Of a stretch of 64,000 nucleotides of DNA, positions 22,105-32,531 are shown piece by piece. Made by a program: the position numbers and the translations under genes. Origin of the DNA: an uncultured Alphaproteobacteria bacterium (GTDB lineage: Bacteria; Pseudomonadota; Alphaproteobacteria; Rhizobiales; Xanthobacteraceae); NCBI GenBank assembly GCA_963840155.1, contig CAWIXP010000001.1:977804-1041803 (forward strand), given 5' to 3'. Under the pieces are notes generated by a model. It ran no database searches, was not told where the DNA came from, and saw nothing but the letters and a program-made list of their open reading frames with translations. Positions within the stretch are counted from its first letter, which is position 1. Each line of letters opens with the position of its first letter.

Positions 22105-22768
22105 TTTCGGTCTCTACCCGCGCGAAGAGCCGTTCGATCCGCTCGGCGTGATGTTGTTCAAGGCCTTGCAGGTCATCTCGTTCCTGTTCTTCATCGCGCT
22201 GCTCGCGGTGTCGCCGGAATCGAAAGACGGCAAGATCGATTCAAAAGCCGAATTCATCATCACGATGGACTGGCCCGACAACCATCCGGACGACCTCGAC
22301 CTGTTCGTGCAGGACCCCGCCGGCAATATCGCCTGGTATCGGCATCGCGAGGCCGGGTTCCTCACGCTCGACCGTGACGATCGCGGCGGCGTCAACGATT
22401 TCATCATCGTCAACGGCAAGAAGATCCCCTCCCCGATTCGGGAGGAAATCGTCACGGTGCGCGGCATCGTCCCCGGCGAATACACCGTCAACGTCTCGCA
22501 TTTTCAGGCCACCACCGGACAGCCTGTGTCGGCGACGGTGAAGGTCCAGAAACTCAATCCGATCGCCCAGGTGATCTTCGACGACAAGTTGACGGTCGAT
22601 CACACCGGCGACGAAAAGACCGCCCTGCGTTTCCGGCTCGACACCGAGGGCAAGGTGATCGACGTGCAACAGCGGCCAAAATCGCTGCTGGAGACGTTCC
22701 GAAACGTTCGCGCCAACGGCGCGGATCTGGACCCGAAAACCGGTGTCAGGATGCCGCGTCGTGAATAG
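22094..22768 (+). CDS. Hypothetical single-TM protein (candidate partner of the MotA-like subunit)
   Basis: One N-terminal TM, then a beta-rich domain (MDWPDNHPDDLDLFVQDP); overlaps the upstream gene. Confidence 0.75.
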   Translation: MMDDFGLYPREEPFDPLGVMLFKALQVISFLFFIALLAVSPESKDGKIDSKAEFIITMDWPDNHPDDLDLFVQDPAGNIAWYRHREAGFLTLDRDDRGGVNDFIIVNGKKIPSPIREEIVTVRGIVPGEYTVNVSHFQATTGQPVSATVKVQKLNPIAQVIFDDKLTVDHTGDEKTALRFRLDTEGKVIDVQQRPKSLLETFRNVRANGADLDPKTGVRMPRRE

Positions 22769-23369
22769 CCTGCAATCGGTCATTCTCACCTTGTCGATCG
22801 GCTATGCGCTGCTCGGTGCGCTGTTGCTCGTGATCCTGGTCTATGCCCGCCTGCCATGGCCGGCCAAGGCGTTGGCCGTGGTCGTGACCAGCGCGTTCTA
22901 TATCGCAAGCTTCGCCGGCATGCGCGGACTGCTGGGCTGGGCCAGTGACGACAGGTTGCCCGCGTCCTTCAAACTGCTGCAGGCGCGTATCGTCGAGCCG
23001 CATTCGCTACAGGGCGAGCCGGGCGCGATCTATCTTTGGGTCGAGGCGCTCGATGAAGGCAATCGGCCGAGCGGCGTTCCCAGGGCCTATCGCATTCCCT
23101 ACAACAACTCGTTCGCCGAAAAGACCGACAAGGCCGCGAGAGAAATCGCTGCCGGGAGGCCTCAAGGCGGCCGCGCGGCCGATTTCGGCACCGGCGAAGG
23201 CGGTCTGCTCGAAGCCGCGAGAAATTACATTACGCCGAACATCGTCCTGGATACCTCGGGAAGTGATCCCTCTACTGGAGGAGCAACGCTCGCCTCCCCG
23301 GGTAGCGGCGATGCGGCGTCGTTTACGCCGCTGCTTCCGCCGCGAATGCCGCGCAAGGACGAGCAATAA
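22761..23369 (+). CDS. Hypothetical membrane protein (two N-terminal TMs)
   Basis: GTG start overlapping the upstream stop; host-like codon usage. Confidence 0.7.
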   Translation: MNSLQSVILTLSIGYALLGALLLVILVYARLPWPAKALAVVVTSAFYIASFAGMRGLLGWASDDRLPASFKLLQARIVEPHSLQGEPGAIYLWVEALDEGNRPSGVPRAYRIPYNNSFAEKTDKAAREIAAGRPQGGRAADFGTGEGGLLEAARNYITPNIVLDTSGSDPSTGGATLASPGSGDAASFTPLLPPRMPRKDEQ

Positions 23370-23414
23370 ACTCATCAGAGAACGGAAGCCGGGCGAGCGG
23401 GCTTGCCGCGCCGG

Positions 23415-24210
23415 CTATCGTTCCGGCGGTGACATGAGGCCAGCCTTGGCCAGCGCCGGCGCCGCCTCGGCCGATGCAAGGAAGCCGATCAGCGCGCCAG
23501 CCGCCTCCGCCTGCCGGACGGTACTGGCGAGCGCTCCGGCAAAGGAAAACATCGGTTGGACCTCGGCCGGAATCGTCCCGACGAAAGTAATTCCGGGGAC
23601 ATGTATCAGCTCGCTGACCTGTTGAAAGCCGATCTCCGCCTCGCCGCGCGCGACCACCTGGGCCACCGGCTCGCCGGAGGGAGGTCCTCGCACCTTTCGG
23701 CTTTTGCCCGCGATCTGATCTGCGATGCCGAGCTTGGGAAATAGCCTGGTCGACAAATAGGTGCCGCTACCGCTATCCGAATAGGCGATGGACTTTGCCG
23801 CGAGCAGCGCGTTCCGCAGCGCCTCGACGCTGCCGATATCGGGCTTTGCAGCGCCGGCGCGCACCACCATGCCGATCAGCGAGCGAGCCAGCACGACCTT
23901 GCTGTCGGCGCGCACCAATCCTCGCCTGCCCAGCTCGTCGGCGGCCCCGCCATCCAGGATCACGACATCGGCGGCTTCGCCCCGCGCAAGTCGAGCGGGA
24001 ATCGACTCCGGAGAGTCGCCCATCGATGGACCGCGCGTGGTGACCAGATGGTGACCGCTGGCGCGCTCGAAAGCCGGGGCCAGTTCGGAATACACGCTGT
24101 AAAAGCCGGCCGAGATCATCACATGCACATCGGCGGCAGATGCCGGCGCCGCGGCCGATAGCGCCGCCGCCGCCGAGCATCGACAACCATCGAACAACTT
24201 GCGCCGTCAT
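23415..24210 (-). CDS. ModA-like periplasmic substrate-binding protein (apparent +1 frameshift near 24174)
   Basis: VHVMISAG, SIAYSDSGSG and GEAEIGFQQVSEL; removing one G joins the RBS-led start MTAQVVRWLSML to AAAALSAAAPASA, restoring a signal peptide. Confidence 0.8.
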
Positions 24211-24436
24211 GATGCCTCGCCGCTCAATCAAACTCATTGTCATCCCCATTGCTGCTCGCCGGCGATCTTTGCATTTCGCGCCGCCTGTAGCGAATCCGAG
24301 CCCGGCATCGTCCGGCAAACCCAGCCGATTTGTGACGCCGAGGGCAAATGCGCGTTGCATAATCCCGACCGCTGGGCATGATGGCCCCGCCGTGTTTTCC
24401 GGGAATACCTCCGGTCAACCAACCAAGGAGATTTCC

Positions 24437-24804
24437 ATGCCGGGACGAATTGTGATGCCGCGACACTGGTTGTCGGTTTGATGACGTCAAGCGCAGCCCT
24501 GGCGCAGAGCGATGCGGGCGCAGCGGTTGCCGCCGGGGTCCTTACCGGCGCGGCCGTCGCCCTTGGCGCCATCCCCTACGAACACCGCGAGCCGCTGCAC
24601 GAATATGTCGTGCGCGAGAACCGGCCCTCTTATCGCTACGAGGACGAAGTCGTGGTAGGGCGGGAATTGCGGTCCGGGCCTTACGAGTCCTATCCGGTGC
24701 CCGAGCGTTACGGCGTGCCTGACCACCATTATGCGGTGATCAACGATCGCGTGGTGGTGTTTCATCCGCAGACCCGGCGGATCATCCACGTTTACGACAG
24801 ATAA
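24437..24804 (+). CDS. Small secreted DUF1236-like protein (apparent -1 frameshift near 24457)
   Basis: GGAG then ATG 24437; adding one G gives MPGRIVMAATLVVGLMTSSAALAQ; C-terminal YAVINDRVVVFHPQTRRII. Confidence 0.7.
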
Positions 24805-24818
24805 TCGGGATCGCCTGG

Positions 24819-26057
24819 GTGGAAGCGTCAGCGTCGATTGAGATCGCCAAACACACGCTGTTGGCGTGCGGGCTTATCTTGGCGATCGGCACGCTTGCCG
24901 GGCTGCTTGCGCAGAAGATCAGGATTCCCGACGTCGCGGTGTTTCTTATCGTCGGCATCGCGATCGGGCCGCAGGCGCTCGGGCTCGTCCAGATCAGGGC
25001 GGATTCGGCGCTGAACCAGATCATCCTGCTGTTCGGCGCCAGCTACATTCTTTTCGACGGCGGCGCTTCGCTGCGCTTCAATGTGCTGAAGCAGGTCTGG
25101 ATCACGATCACGGTGATCGCCACCGTCGGGGTCATCATCACCGCGGCCATCACCGGCGTCGCCGCCCACTACATCCTCGGCGTGCCCCTGATCGTGGCGC
25201 TGCTGCTCGGGGCGACGCTGGCCTCGACCGACCCGGCAACGCTGGTGCCGATCTTCCGCCAGGTTCATATTCGCGACCGGGTGGCGCAGACGGTGATGAG
25301 CGAGTCCGCCTTCAACGATGCCATGGGTGCGATCGTCACCTTCGGCGTGCTGGCGGTGGCGATGGGCACCGGCGAGTTCTCGTTGCTCTCCTCCACCTTC
25401 GATCTGCTCAAGCAATCCGCGATCGGCATCATCGCCGGCATCGCGCTCGGATATCTGGCGGCGTTCCTGATCGCCCATGAGAGGTGGGCGTTCCTCGCCG
25501 AATATGCGCCGGTGGTGACGCTGGTCGCGGTGATCGGCGCCTATTTCGCCGCCGACGGCCTGCAGGCCAGCGGCTTCATGGCGGTATTCGTGTTCGGCAT
25601 CGTACTCGGCAACAAGGAGGCGTTCGGCTTCCAGATGGAGCCCGGCGGTGCGCAAAAGCTCGACGAATATGTGCTGACCACGGCGTTCATCATGCGCCTG
25701 TTCATTTTCATCCTGCTCGGCGCCCAGGTCGACTTCACGCTGATGAGTAAATTCTGGCTCGGCGGCGTGGCGGTGGTGGCCGTGTTGATGCTGCTGGCGC
25801 GCCCGGTGACGGTGTTTCTGTGCGCGCTGCCGGATCGCCGCGCGCGCTGGAGTTTCGAGGAAATGCTGTTCATGTGCTGGACCCGCGAAACCGGGGTGAT
25901 CCCGGCCGCCCTCGCCGGTCTGCTGCTCGGCATGAAGGCGCCCGGCGCCCAGATGATCGCCTCCGTCACCTTCATCGCGATCCTGATGACGATCCTGATC
26001 CAGGCGCCAACCACCGAATGGCTGGGACGCAGGCTGGGCCTGATGGAGAAACGCTAG
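24819..26057 (+). CDS. Cation:proton antiporter (CPA1/NhaP-like)
   Basis: About 12 TMs; ILFDGG, STDPA and ESAFND motifs. Confidence 0.9.
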   Translation: MEASASIEIAKHTLLACGLILAIGTLAGLLAQKIRIPDVAVFLIVGIAIGPQALGLVQIRADSALNQIILLFGASYILFDGGASLRFNVLKQVWITITVIATVGVIITAAITGVAAHYILGVPLIVALLLGATLASTDPATLVPIFRQVHIRDRVAQTVMSESAFNDAMGAIVTFGVLAVAMGTGEFSLLSSTFDLLKQSAIGIIAGIALGYLAAFLIAHERWAFLAEYAPVVTLVAVIGAYFAADGLQASGFMAVFVFGIVLGNKEAFGFQMEPGGAQKLDEYVLTTAFIMRLFIFILLGAQVDFTLMSKFWLGGVAVVAVLMLLARPVTVFLCALPDRRARWSFEEMLFMCWTRETGVIPAALAGLLLGMKAPGAQMIASVTFIAILMTILIQAPTTEWLGRRLGLMEKR

Positions 26058-26263
26058 GCAGCGGACCGCTGACGCGACCGATGTCATTGCTCTCCTGGTC
26101 GCGGACGCCCGGCGAAGCCTGCGCGGGCCAGACTCCAGATTACCAACTTTTCATCTTCACATCGGCAGAACGGCGGAATTTGGCTGGAGCGTTTCGCTGT
26201 GAACCGCGTTGGCCAATGTGAATCATTGCGGCGGACGCGCCGGGAAAATACGGGATTGAAGGC

Positions 26264-27043
26264 ATGGACGAACACACCGGCGAGACGTTGAGCAAGGTAC
26301 CGGAGGTAACGCTGGCATTCTGGATCGTCAAAATTGCCGCCACGACGCTGGGCGAGACCGCCGGCGACACTGTGACGATGACGCTCCACTGGGGTTATCT
26401 TGCCGGAACAGCCATCTTCGTTTTGCTGCTGTCAGCCTTCGTTGCCTGGCAAATCACCGCGAACAGATTCCATCCCTTGCTTTACTGGGCCACCATCGTC
26501 GCTTCGACGACGTTTGGCACGACAATGGCCGATTTTGCCGATCGTTCGCTGGGCATCGGTTATACCGGCGGTTCCACGGTATTGTTTCTCTGCCTGCTAG
26601 CCGTTCTTGCCGCCTGGTACCGGTCGCAAGGTACCATCTCGGTCAACACGGTGAGCACTCCCAGGGTAGAGGCTTTCTACTGGGCCGCGATCACATTCTC
26701 GCAAACGCTTGGCACCGCGCTCGGCGACTGGTTGGCCGACACCGGCGGGCTCGGCTACGAAGGCGGTGCGCTGGTGTTCGGTGCCGGGCTGGCGATGCTT
26801 GCCGCCGCTTATTATTGGACGGCGATGTCGCGCGTCGCGCTGTTCTGGGCGGCGTTCATTCTGACGCGACCGCTTGGGGCCACCATTGGCGACTTCCTCG
26901 ACAAGCCGGTGAGCCACGGCGGACTCAATTTGAGCAGGCCGATGGCTTCGGCGGCATTGGCGATTTTCATCATCGCTTGCGTGCTGCTACTGCCGCAGCG
27001 CGCGGGCAAGCATCCCGGCGAACTGCCACAGAGCGCCCGGTAA
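26264..27043 (+). CDS. COG4705/DUF347-like membrane protein
   Basis: Internally repeated KIAATTLGETAGD / TTFGTTMADF / TLGTALGDW / TRPLGATIGDF. Confidence 0.85.
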   Translation: MDEHTGETLSKVPEVTLAFWIVKIAATTLGETAGDTVTMTLHWGYLAGTAIFVLLLSAFVAWQITANRFHPLLYWATIVASTTFGTTMADFADRSLGIGYTGGSTVLFLCLLAVLAAWYRSQGTISVNTVSTPRVEAFYWAAITFSQTLGTALGDWLADTGGLGYEGGALVFGAGLAMLAAAYYWTAMSRVALFWAAFILTRPLGATIGDFLDKPVSHGGLNLSRPMASAALAIFIIACVLLLPQRAGKHPGELPQSAR

Positions 27044-27048
27044 ATCCC

Positions 27049-27987
27049 CTACCCGGCGCGCGCGGCGCGGCGCAGCGATTGCGGCGGCTGGCCGAAGGCG
27101 CGAATGAAGGCGCGGCGCATCCGCTCCGGATCGCGAAAGCCGGTTAGTTCGGCGACGCGCTCGATCGCCTCGCTGGAGGATTGCACCCGCTGCCGCGCCA
27201 CCTCGATCCGCAGCCGCTCCACCGCCTTCGACGGCGTGGTCCCGGTCTCGGCGATAAAGGCGCGGGTAAAATGCCGCGCGCTCATGCCGGCCTGCTCGGC
27301 CAGGTCTTCCACCGTCAGCGGTGCATCGAGATGCTCGCGCGCCCAGGCCAGCAGCGCTCCGAACCGCCCGCTCGGCGCCTTCAATTCCAGCAGCGAGGAG
27401 AACTGCGACTGTCCGCCGCTGCGGCGGTGATACAGCACGAGCTCGCGCGCGGCGTTCTGCGCGATTTCCTCGCCGTGATCCTCGCCGACCATCGCCAGCG
27501 CCAAATCGATGCCGGCGGTGATGCCGGCCGAACTCCAGATGTTGCCGTCGCGGACGAAGATCCGGTCGGGCTCCAGTTTGACCCTGGGATAGCAGCCGAG
27601 AAAATGCCGGGTGCGCCGCCAATGCGTGGTGGCGCGGCGGCCGTCGAGCAGGCCGGCTTCGGCGAGCAGGTAGGCGCCGGAGCAGACGCTGGCGATGCGG
27701 GTGCCGCGCTTTGCGATCGCGCGCACGAACGCCAATGTCTTTTCGGAAGTCGCCGCCGCATCTACCCCCGGGCCGCCCGCTACGACCAGCGTGCTGATCG
27801 GGCCGCAACCCTTGAGGCCGCGCGCGAACATCTCGACGCCCGACGAACTGCGCACCGGGCCCGCCGTCTCCGCGAGCACCTTGATCGCTGGTGGTAAGCC
27901 CGCGAGGCGCGCGGCGATTTCGAACACCGAAATCGGCCCGGCCGCGTCCAGCAGCTGGAAATCGGGGAAAACCACAACGCCGATCAT
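27049..27987 (-). CDS. GlxA-family transcriptional regulator (DJ-1 + AraC)
   Basis: SVCSGAYLLAEAGLLDGRRATTHW; C-terminal AraC HTH. Confidence 0.93.
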   Translation of the reverse strand: MIGVVVFPDFQLLDAAGPISVFEIAARLAGLPPAIKVLAETAGPVRSSSGVEMFARGLKGCGPISTLVVAGGPGVDAAATSEKTLAFVRAIAKRGTRIASVCSGAYLLAEAGLLDGRRATTHWRRTRHFLGCYPRVKLEPDRIFVRDGNIWSSAGITAGIDLALAMVGEDHGEEIAQNAARELVLYHRRSGGQSQFSSLLELKAPSGRFGALLAWAREHLDAPLTVEDLAEQAGMSARHFTRAFIAETGTTPSKAVERLRIEVARQRVQSSSEAIERVAELTGFRDPERMRRAFIRAFGQPPQSLRRAARAG

Positions 27988-28096
27988 GTTCGAAACTTTC
28001 GCTGGTATGTCTCAAAATGAGGGAAATACGCCATTTCGGACAGGAAGCGATCATGCCAGGATCATGACGTCAAGCAAGAATTTCGAGAGGCCCGCC

Positions 28097-28804
28097 ATGT
28101 CCACGCCGCTTCAGATTGGTCTCGTGATATTCCCCTACGTCACCCAGCTCGATCTCACCGGGCCGGTCCAGGTGTTTTCGAGCCTGCCCGGCGCCAAGGT
28201 GCATCTGATCTGGAAACGGATCGAACCGGTGGCGAGCGATTCCGTGCTGACGCTCACGCCCACCATCAGCTTTGCGGAATGTCCGCAGCTCGACGTGATC
28301 TGCGTGCCCGGCGGCTTCGGCACCAACGACATGGTCAACGACGAGGAGATGCTGGACTTCCTGCGCCGGCAGGCCAAGGGCGCCAAATACATCACTTCGG
28401 TGTGCACGGGATCGCTGGTGCTGGGCGCGGCCGGCCTGCTCGAAGGCTACCGCGCGACGACGCACTGGACGGCGATGGACCATCTTGCGCCGTTCGGCGC
28501 GATCCCGGTAAACACCCGGGTCTGCGTCGACCGCAACCGCATCACCGGCGGCGGCGTCACCGCGGGGATCGATTTTGCGCTGACGCTGGTGTCGATCATG
28601 GTCGACCGGCCGAGCGCTGAAATGATCCAGCTCAGGCTCGAATACAATCCCGCGCCGCCGTTCAACTCAGGCTCGCCCGATACCGCGCCGCCCGAGATCC
28701 TGGCGCGGATGAGGCAAAGCGTGGCGCCGTTCCAGGCACGCCGCCGCGAGGCAGTTGATCGCGCCGCCGCCCGGCTGGCCTCCCCGCATCCGTCGACCGC
28801 GTGA
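28097..28804 (+). CDS. DJ-1/PfpI family protein (isonitrile hydratase-like)
   Basis: QLDLTGP, SVCTGSL and GGGVTAGIDF; divergent from the GlxA regulator. Confidence 0.92.
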   Translation: MSTPLQIGLVIFPYVTQLDLTGPVQVFSSLPGAKVHLIWKRIEPVASDSVLTLTPTISFAECPQLDVICVPGGFGTNDMVNDEEMLDFLRRQAKGAKYITSVCTGSLVLGAAGLLEGYRATTHWTAMDHLAPFGAIPVNTRVCVDRNRITGGGVTAGIDFALTLVSIMVDRPSAEMIQLRLEYNPAPPFNSGSPDTAPPEILARMRQSVAPFQARRREAVDRAAARLASPHPSTA

Positions 28805-28904
28805 ACGTCGCCGCAATTACCGGAATCGGCATGGCGCAAGTCCCCGCCGGCAGCTAGGCTTGCGTCAACGATAATCGCCGTTCGCGCGAACGCGGGAGGT
28901 CTCC

Positions 28905-29780
28905 ATGGGCAAGTTCATCGTCGAACCGCATTTCCGGCTTCAGGAATGGGTCGCCGAGGAGAAGGGCTATTTTCGCGATCAGGGATTGGACTACGAATTC
29001 CGCGAACTGATCCGCTCGACCGAGGGCCAGCACCACAACAAGGGCGACCGCGGCGCCTTCCAGAGCATCGAACAGGGCCGCGAGGCGGACGTGAGCTGCG
29101 CCTGCCACTGGACGGTGAACGTTGCAGCCTCGGCCGGCCACACCCGGATGTATGCCGACCTGTATTCGGTCGCGCCGTCGGGAATCTTTGTTGCGGCCGA
29201 TTCCAGGGTGCGCACGCCAGCCGATCTGGCGGGCGTGCCGATCTCGGTCGGATTCCAGTCCGGCAGCCACTATTCGACCATTCAGGCACTGGAGCAGTAC
29301 CTGCCGGCCGGCGAGATCAACCTGATTTTCGAAGATGGCATGCTGTTCAGCCGGATGGAACGGCTCATCGAAGGCAGAAGTCCGGCGGCCGCGCTGTTCA
29401 ACGGTCCCTATTATCTCGCCGAGCAACTCGGCTTCCGCAAGGTGATCGACACCACCTTCATGATCGCGGCCATGATCAAGGGCTCGCCGGATCCGGAAGA
29501 CATCAGACGCTACTTCCGGGCGCTGCGCTCGGCGCAACGCGATATCGACCTGCGCCCCGAGCTCTACACCCGTTACTACAAGAACGAATTCCCCGAACGC
29601 TTCCATGCCATGATGGACACCCGGCGCTGGGGCCCGGGAGAGCGAATTGTATTCGAGCCCTACTCCAAAGAGGTATTCGAGCAGTCATTCGACTGGATCG
29701 CGAAGCACAAGATCTTCTCCGATGGCGGAATGGGGTCGGGCGACTATGAGCGGGCGACGATTTCGTTTGCGGCGGAATAG
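28905..29780 (+). CDS. Type-2 periplasmic-binding-fold protein (SsuA/THI5-like), no signal peptide
   Basis: VAEEKGYFRDQGLD and TPADLAGVPISV motifs. Confidence 0.75.
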   Translation: MGKFIVEPHFRLQEWVAEEKGYFRDQGLDYEFRELIRSTEGQHHNKGDRGAFQSIEQGREADVSCACHWTVNVAASAGHTRMYADLYSVAPSGIFVAADSRVRTPADLAGVPISVGFQSGSHYSTIQALEQYLPAGEINLIFEDGMLFSRMERLIEGRSPAAALFNGPYYLAEQLGFRKVIDTTFMIAAMIKGSPDPEDIRRYFRALRSAQRDIDLRPELYTRYYKNEFPERFHAMMDTRRWGPGERIVFEPYSKEVFEQSFDWIAKHKIFSDGGMGSGDYERATISFAAE

Positions 29781-29894
29781 AGCTTCAACCGCCCGCCGCA
29801 CCCGTTACGACGCGGCGCACATCGGCGACCAACGAAGCGGCTCCCGATCGCCGCAGGTGTTAGGGCTTACTTTAACCCGGGCAGGAGCAGGCCG

Positions 29895-31070
29895 ATGCTG
29901 ACGAAATTACTGGTTCGACTGGTTGCGCCGGTCTGCATCTTGCTGGCGCAGTCCGCTCCGCTCGCGGCCGCTGAGGAATTGCTCAAGATTGGACTGATCG
30001 TTCCATTGACCGGCGGCCAGGCCTCAACCGGCAAGCAATTGGCAAATGCGGTCAAGCTGTACATGAGCGAGCACGGCGACACCGTGGCCGGCCGCAAGAT
30101 CGAGGTAATCGTCAAGGACGATGGCGCCATCCCCGATAACACCAAGCGCATCGCTCAGGAGCTGATCGTCAACGACAAGGTCGGCATCATCGCAGGCTTT
30201 GGCATCACGCCGGCCGCGCTGGCAGCGGCGCCGCTCGCGACCCAGGCGCGGATACCCGAGATCGTCATGCTGGCCGGCACCTCTGTTATCACCGAACGAT
30301 CGCCTTACATCGTCCGCACCAGTTTTACCCTCGCGCAGTCATCGGTGGTGATCGGCGATTGGGCGGCCAAAAACGGCATCCGCAAGGTCGCGACACTGAC
30401 CACCGATTACGCGCCGGGCAACGACGCACTTCAGTTCTTCAAAACCCGCTTTGTCGCCGGCGGCGGCGAGATCGTCGAGGAAGTCAAGGTTCCCCTGGTC
30501 AACCCGGACTTCGCGCCATTCCTGCAGCGCATCAAGGACGCCAAGCCGGATGCGCTCTACGTCTTCGTTCCCGGCGGCCAGGGCGGCAACTTCATGAAGC
30601 AATTCTCCGAGCGCGGTCTCGACAAGGCCGGAATCAGGATCATCGGCCCCGGTGACGTGATGGACGACGACCTCCTGAACGACATGGGCGATGTCGCACT
30701 CGGGGCCGTCACCGCCCACATGTATTCCGCGGCCCACCCCTCGCCGAAGAACAAGAGCTTCGTCGCGGCCTATCGCAAGACGTTCGGCTCGCGCCCGGGG
30801 TTTGTGGCGGTCGGCGGCTATGACGGCATCGACCTGATCTATCGGGCGCTCGAGAAGACCGGCGGCAAATCGGATGGCGACCTGCTGGTCGATGCGATGA
30901 AAGGGCTCGCGTGGGAGAGCCCGCGCGGCCCGATCTCGATCGACCCCGACACCCGCGACATCGTGCAGAACATCTACATCCGCAAGGTCGAGAAGGTCGA
31001 CGGTGAACTCTACAATGTCGAATTCGCGACCTTCGAGGCGGTGAAGGATCCCGGCAAGCCTTCGCACTGA
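29895..31070 (+). CDS. Branched-chain amino acid ABC transporter substrate-binding protein
   Basis: Signal peptide, KIGLIVPLTG, KDDG and WESPRGP. Confidence 0.92.
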   Translation: MLTKLLVRLVAPVCILLAQSAPLAAAEELLKIGLIVPLTGGQASTGKQLANAVKLYMSEHGDTVAGRKIEVIVKDDGAIPDNTKRIAQELIVNDKVGIIAGFGITPAALAAAPLATQARIPEIVMLAGTSVITERSPYIVRTSFTLAQSSVVIGDWAAKNGIRKVATLTTDYAPGNDALQFFKTRFVAGGGEIVEEVKVPLVNPDFAPFLQRIKDAKPDALYVFVPGGQGGNFMKQFSERGLDKAGIRIIGPGDVMDDDLLNDMGDVALGAVTAHMYSAAHPSPKNKSFVAAYRKTFGSRPGFVAVGGYDGIDLIYRALEKTGGKSDGDLLVDAMKGLAWESPRGPISIDPDTRDIVQNIYIRKVEKVDGELYNVEFATFEAVKDPGKPSH

Positions 31071-31133
31071 AAAACGCGGCGATCGGAATCATTTCTTGCC
31101 GGCGGCAAAATTGAAACCGCCGCACGCAAGAAA

Positions 31134-31162
31134 AAGGCCGCCTGGTTTCCCAGACGGCCTTT
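31134..31162 (-). terminator. Putative intrinsic terminator
   Basis: On the minus strand AAGGCCGTCTGG-GAAA-CCAGGCGGCCTT followed by TTTC. Confidence 0.5.
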
Positions 31163-31413
31163 CCTGTCCTACGGCAGCTCCACATTGACGGGCGATCTCG
31201 GAACCTCGGCGCCAGGGGCCTATATCCCAGCCAAATCCCGATCGGGTGCCGCTGCATTTCGGGGCAGTCGCGATTCTGTTGCCCGAACCGACGCGATGGT
31301 CTCCCATCTCCGTAAGATGACCCATTGAACCGCGTCTATTTGCAGGCGGCAACAACGCGGCGGCAAGTCTCCCCACTGTCCCCGTTGTTCACAGCCTGCG
31401 CCAAAGCAAACGG

Positions 31414-32403
31414 CTACTCGATCACCACGTCGGCGCGGGCAAGCACGGCCGCTGGAAAAGCCAGGCCAAGAGCCTTGGCGGTCTTCAGGTTGATCGCCAG
31501 CTCAAATTTGGTCGGCGCCTGCACGGGAAGATCGGCCGGGTTTTCGCCCTTGAGGATGCGATCGACATAGCCGGCTGCGCGCCGGTACTGATCGATCGGA
31601 TCAGGCCCGTAGGAAATCAGGCCGCCGCTGGAGGCAAAGTAGCGATAGTTGTAGACGGCCGGCAAACGGTTGTTGGCAGCCAGCGCGATGATCAATTCGC
31701 GATTGACCGCGGCCAACCCGCTCGAGGTCACGATCAATCCGCGGTTGGCTCCGCGCGCGAACGCGGTGATATCGCGCTCGATCTCGCCGGCGTCGCGCAC
31801 GTCGATCGGGTTCAATTCGACACCGAACGAGGGCGCCACGGACTGGATTGTGGCGAACTGGCCAATTCCGGCGGGTGTGGTGGCATCCCGAAGCACCGCT
31901 ACTCGAGTTATCCCCGGCGCGATCTGTTTGAGCAATTCCAGCCATTTCCCGCTGATGCCGTATTCCGAAGTGGTAAAGCCGGTGGCGTTGCCCCCTGGCC
32001 GCGCCAGGCTTTTTACAAATCCGGCGGCAACCGGATCAGGCGTCTGCGTGAAAACGATTGGGATGCTGTGGGTCGCCTGCAGCAACGGCCCCACGACCGT
32101 TCCGCCGGACGCCAGGATGACGTCAGGCGCGAGCGCGACCAATTCAGCGGCGTATTTCCGCGTGAGGTCGTTTTTCCCCGCACCCCGGCGATAGTCGATT
32201 TGCAGATTGCCGCCGTCGGTCCAACCCAGTTGCTGTAGACCTTGCACGAACGCAGCCGTTCGATCTCGCGCTTCCGCGTCATCGGCGGCCAGCCCCATGA
32301 TGACTCCGATTCGCCGCTTCCGCTCGCCTTGTTGCGCGCGCGCCGCAACGGGCAACGCGGCTGCTGAGCCCGCAATCCCCTTGATGAAATCGCGCCGCCT
32401 CAT
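31414..32403 (-). CDS. ABC transporter substrate-binding protein (ABC_sub_bind type)
   Basis: MRRRDFI leader, SLARPGGNATG, GGLISYG and PVQAPTKFELAINLKTAKALG. Confidence 0.92.
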   Translation of the reverse strand: MRRRDFIKGIAGSAAALPVAARAQQGERKRRIGVIMGLAADDAEARDRTAAFVQGLQQLGWTDGGNLQIDYRRGAGKNDLTRKYAAELVALAPDVILASGGTVVGPLLQATHSIPIVFTQTPDPVAAGFVKSLARPGGNATGFTTSEYGISGKWLELLKQIAPGITRVAVLRDATTPAGIGQFATIQSVAPSFGVELNPIDVRDAGEIERDITAFARGANRGLIVTSSGLAAVNRELIIALAANNRLPAVYNYRYFASSGGLISYGPDPIDQYRRAAGYVDRILKGENPADLPVQAPTKFELAINLKTAKALGLAFPAAVLARADVVIE

Positions 32404-32531
32404 CTGCCCTCTTGGAACGCATTGTAGAAAGTCCAAAGCCTAGCACGTTGCGACACGGCCGCGAGCGAGAAACCGCGCACGGTCGAACTGGGATAAGCAA
32501 CGAAAATGACGGTCCCGGAATTAGCTGAGGC

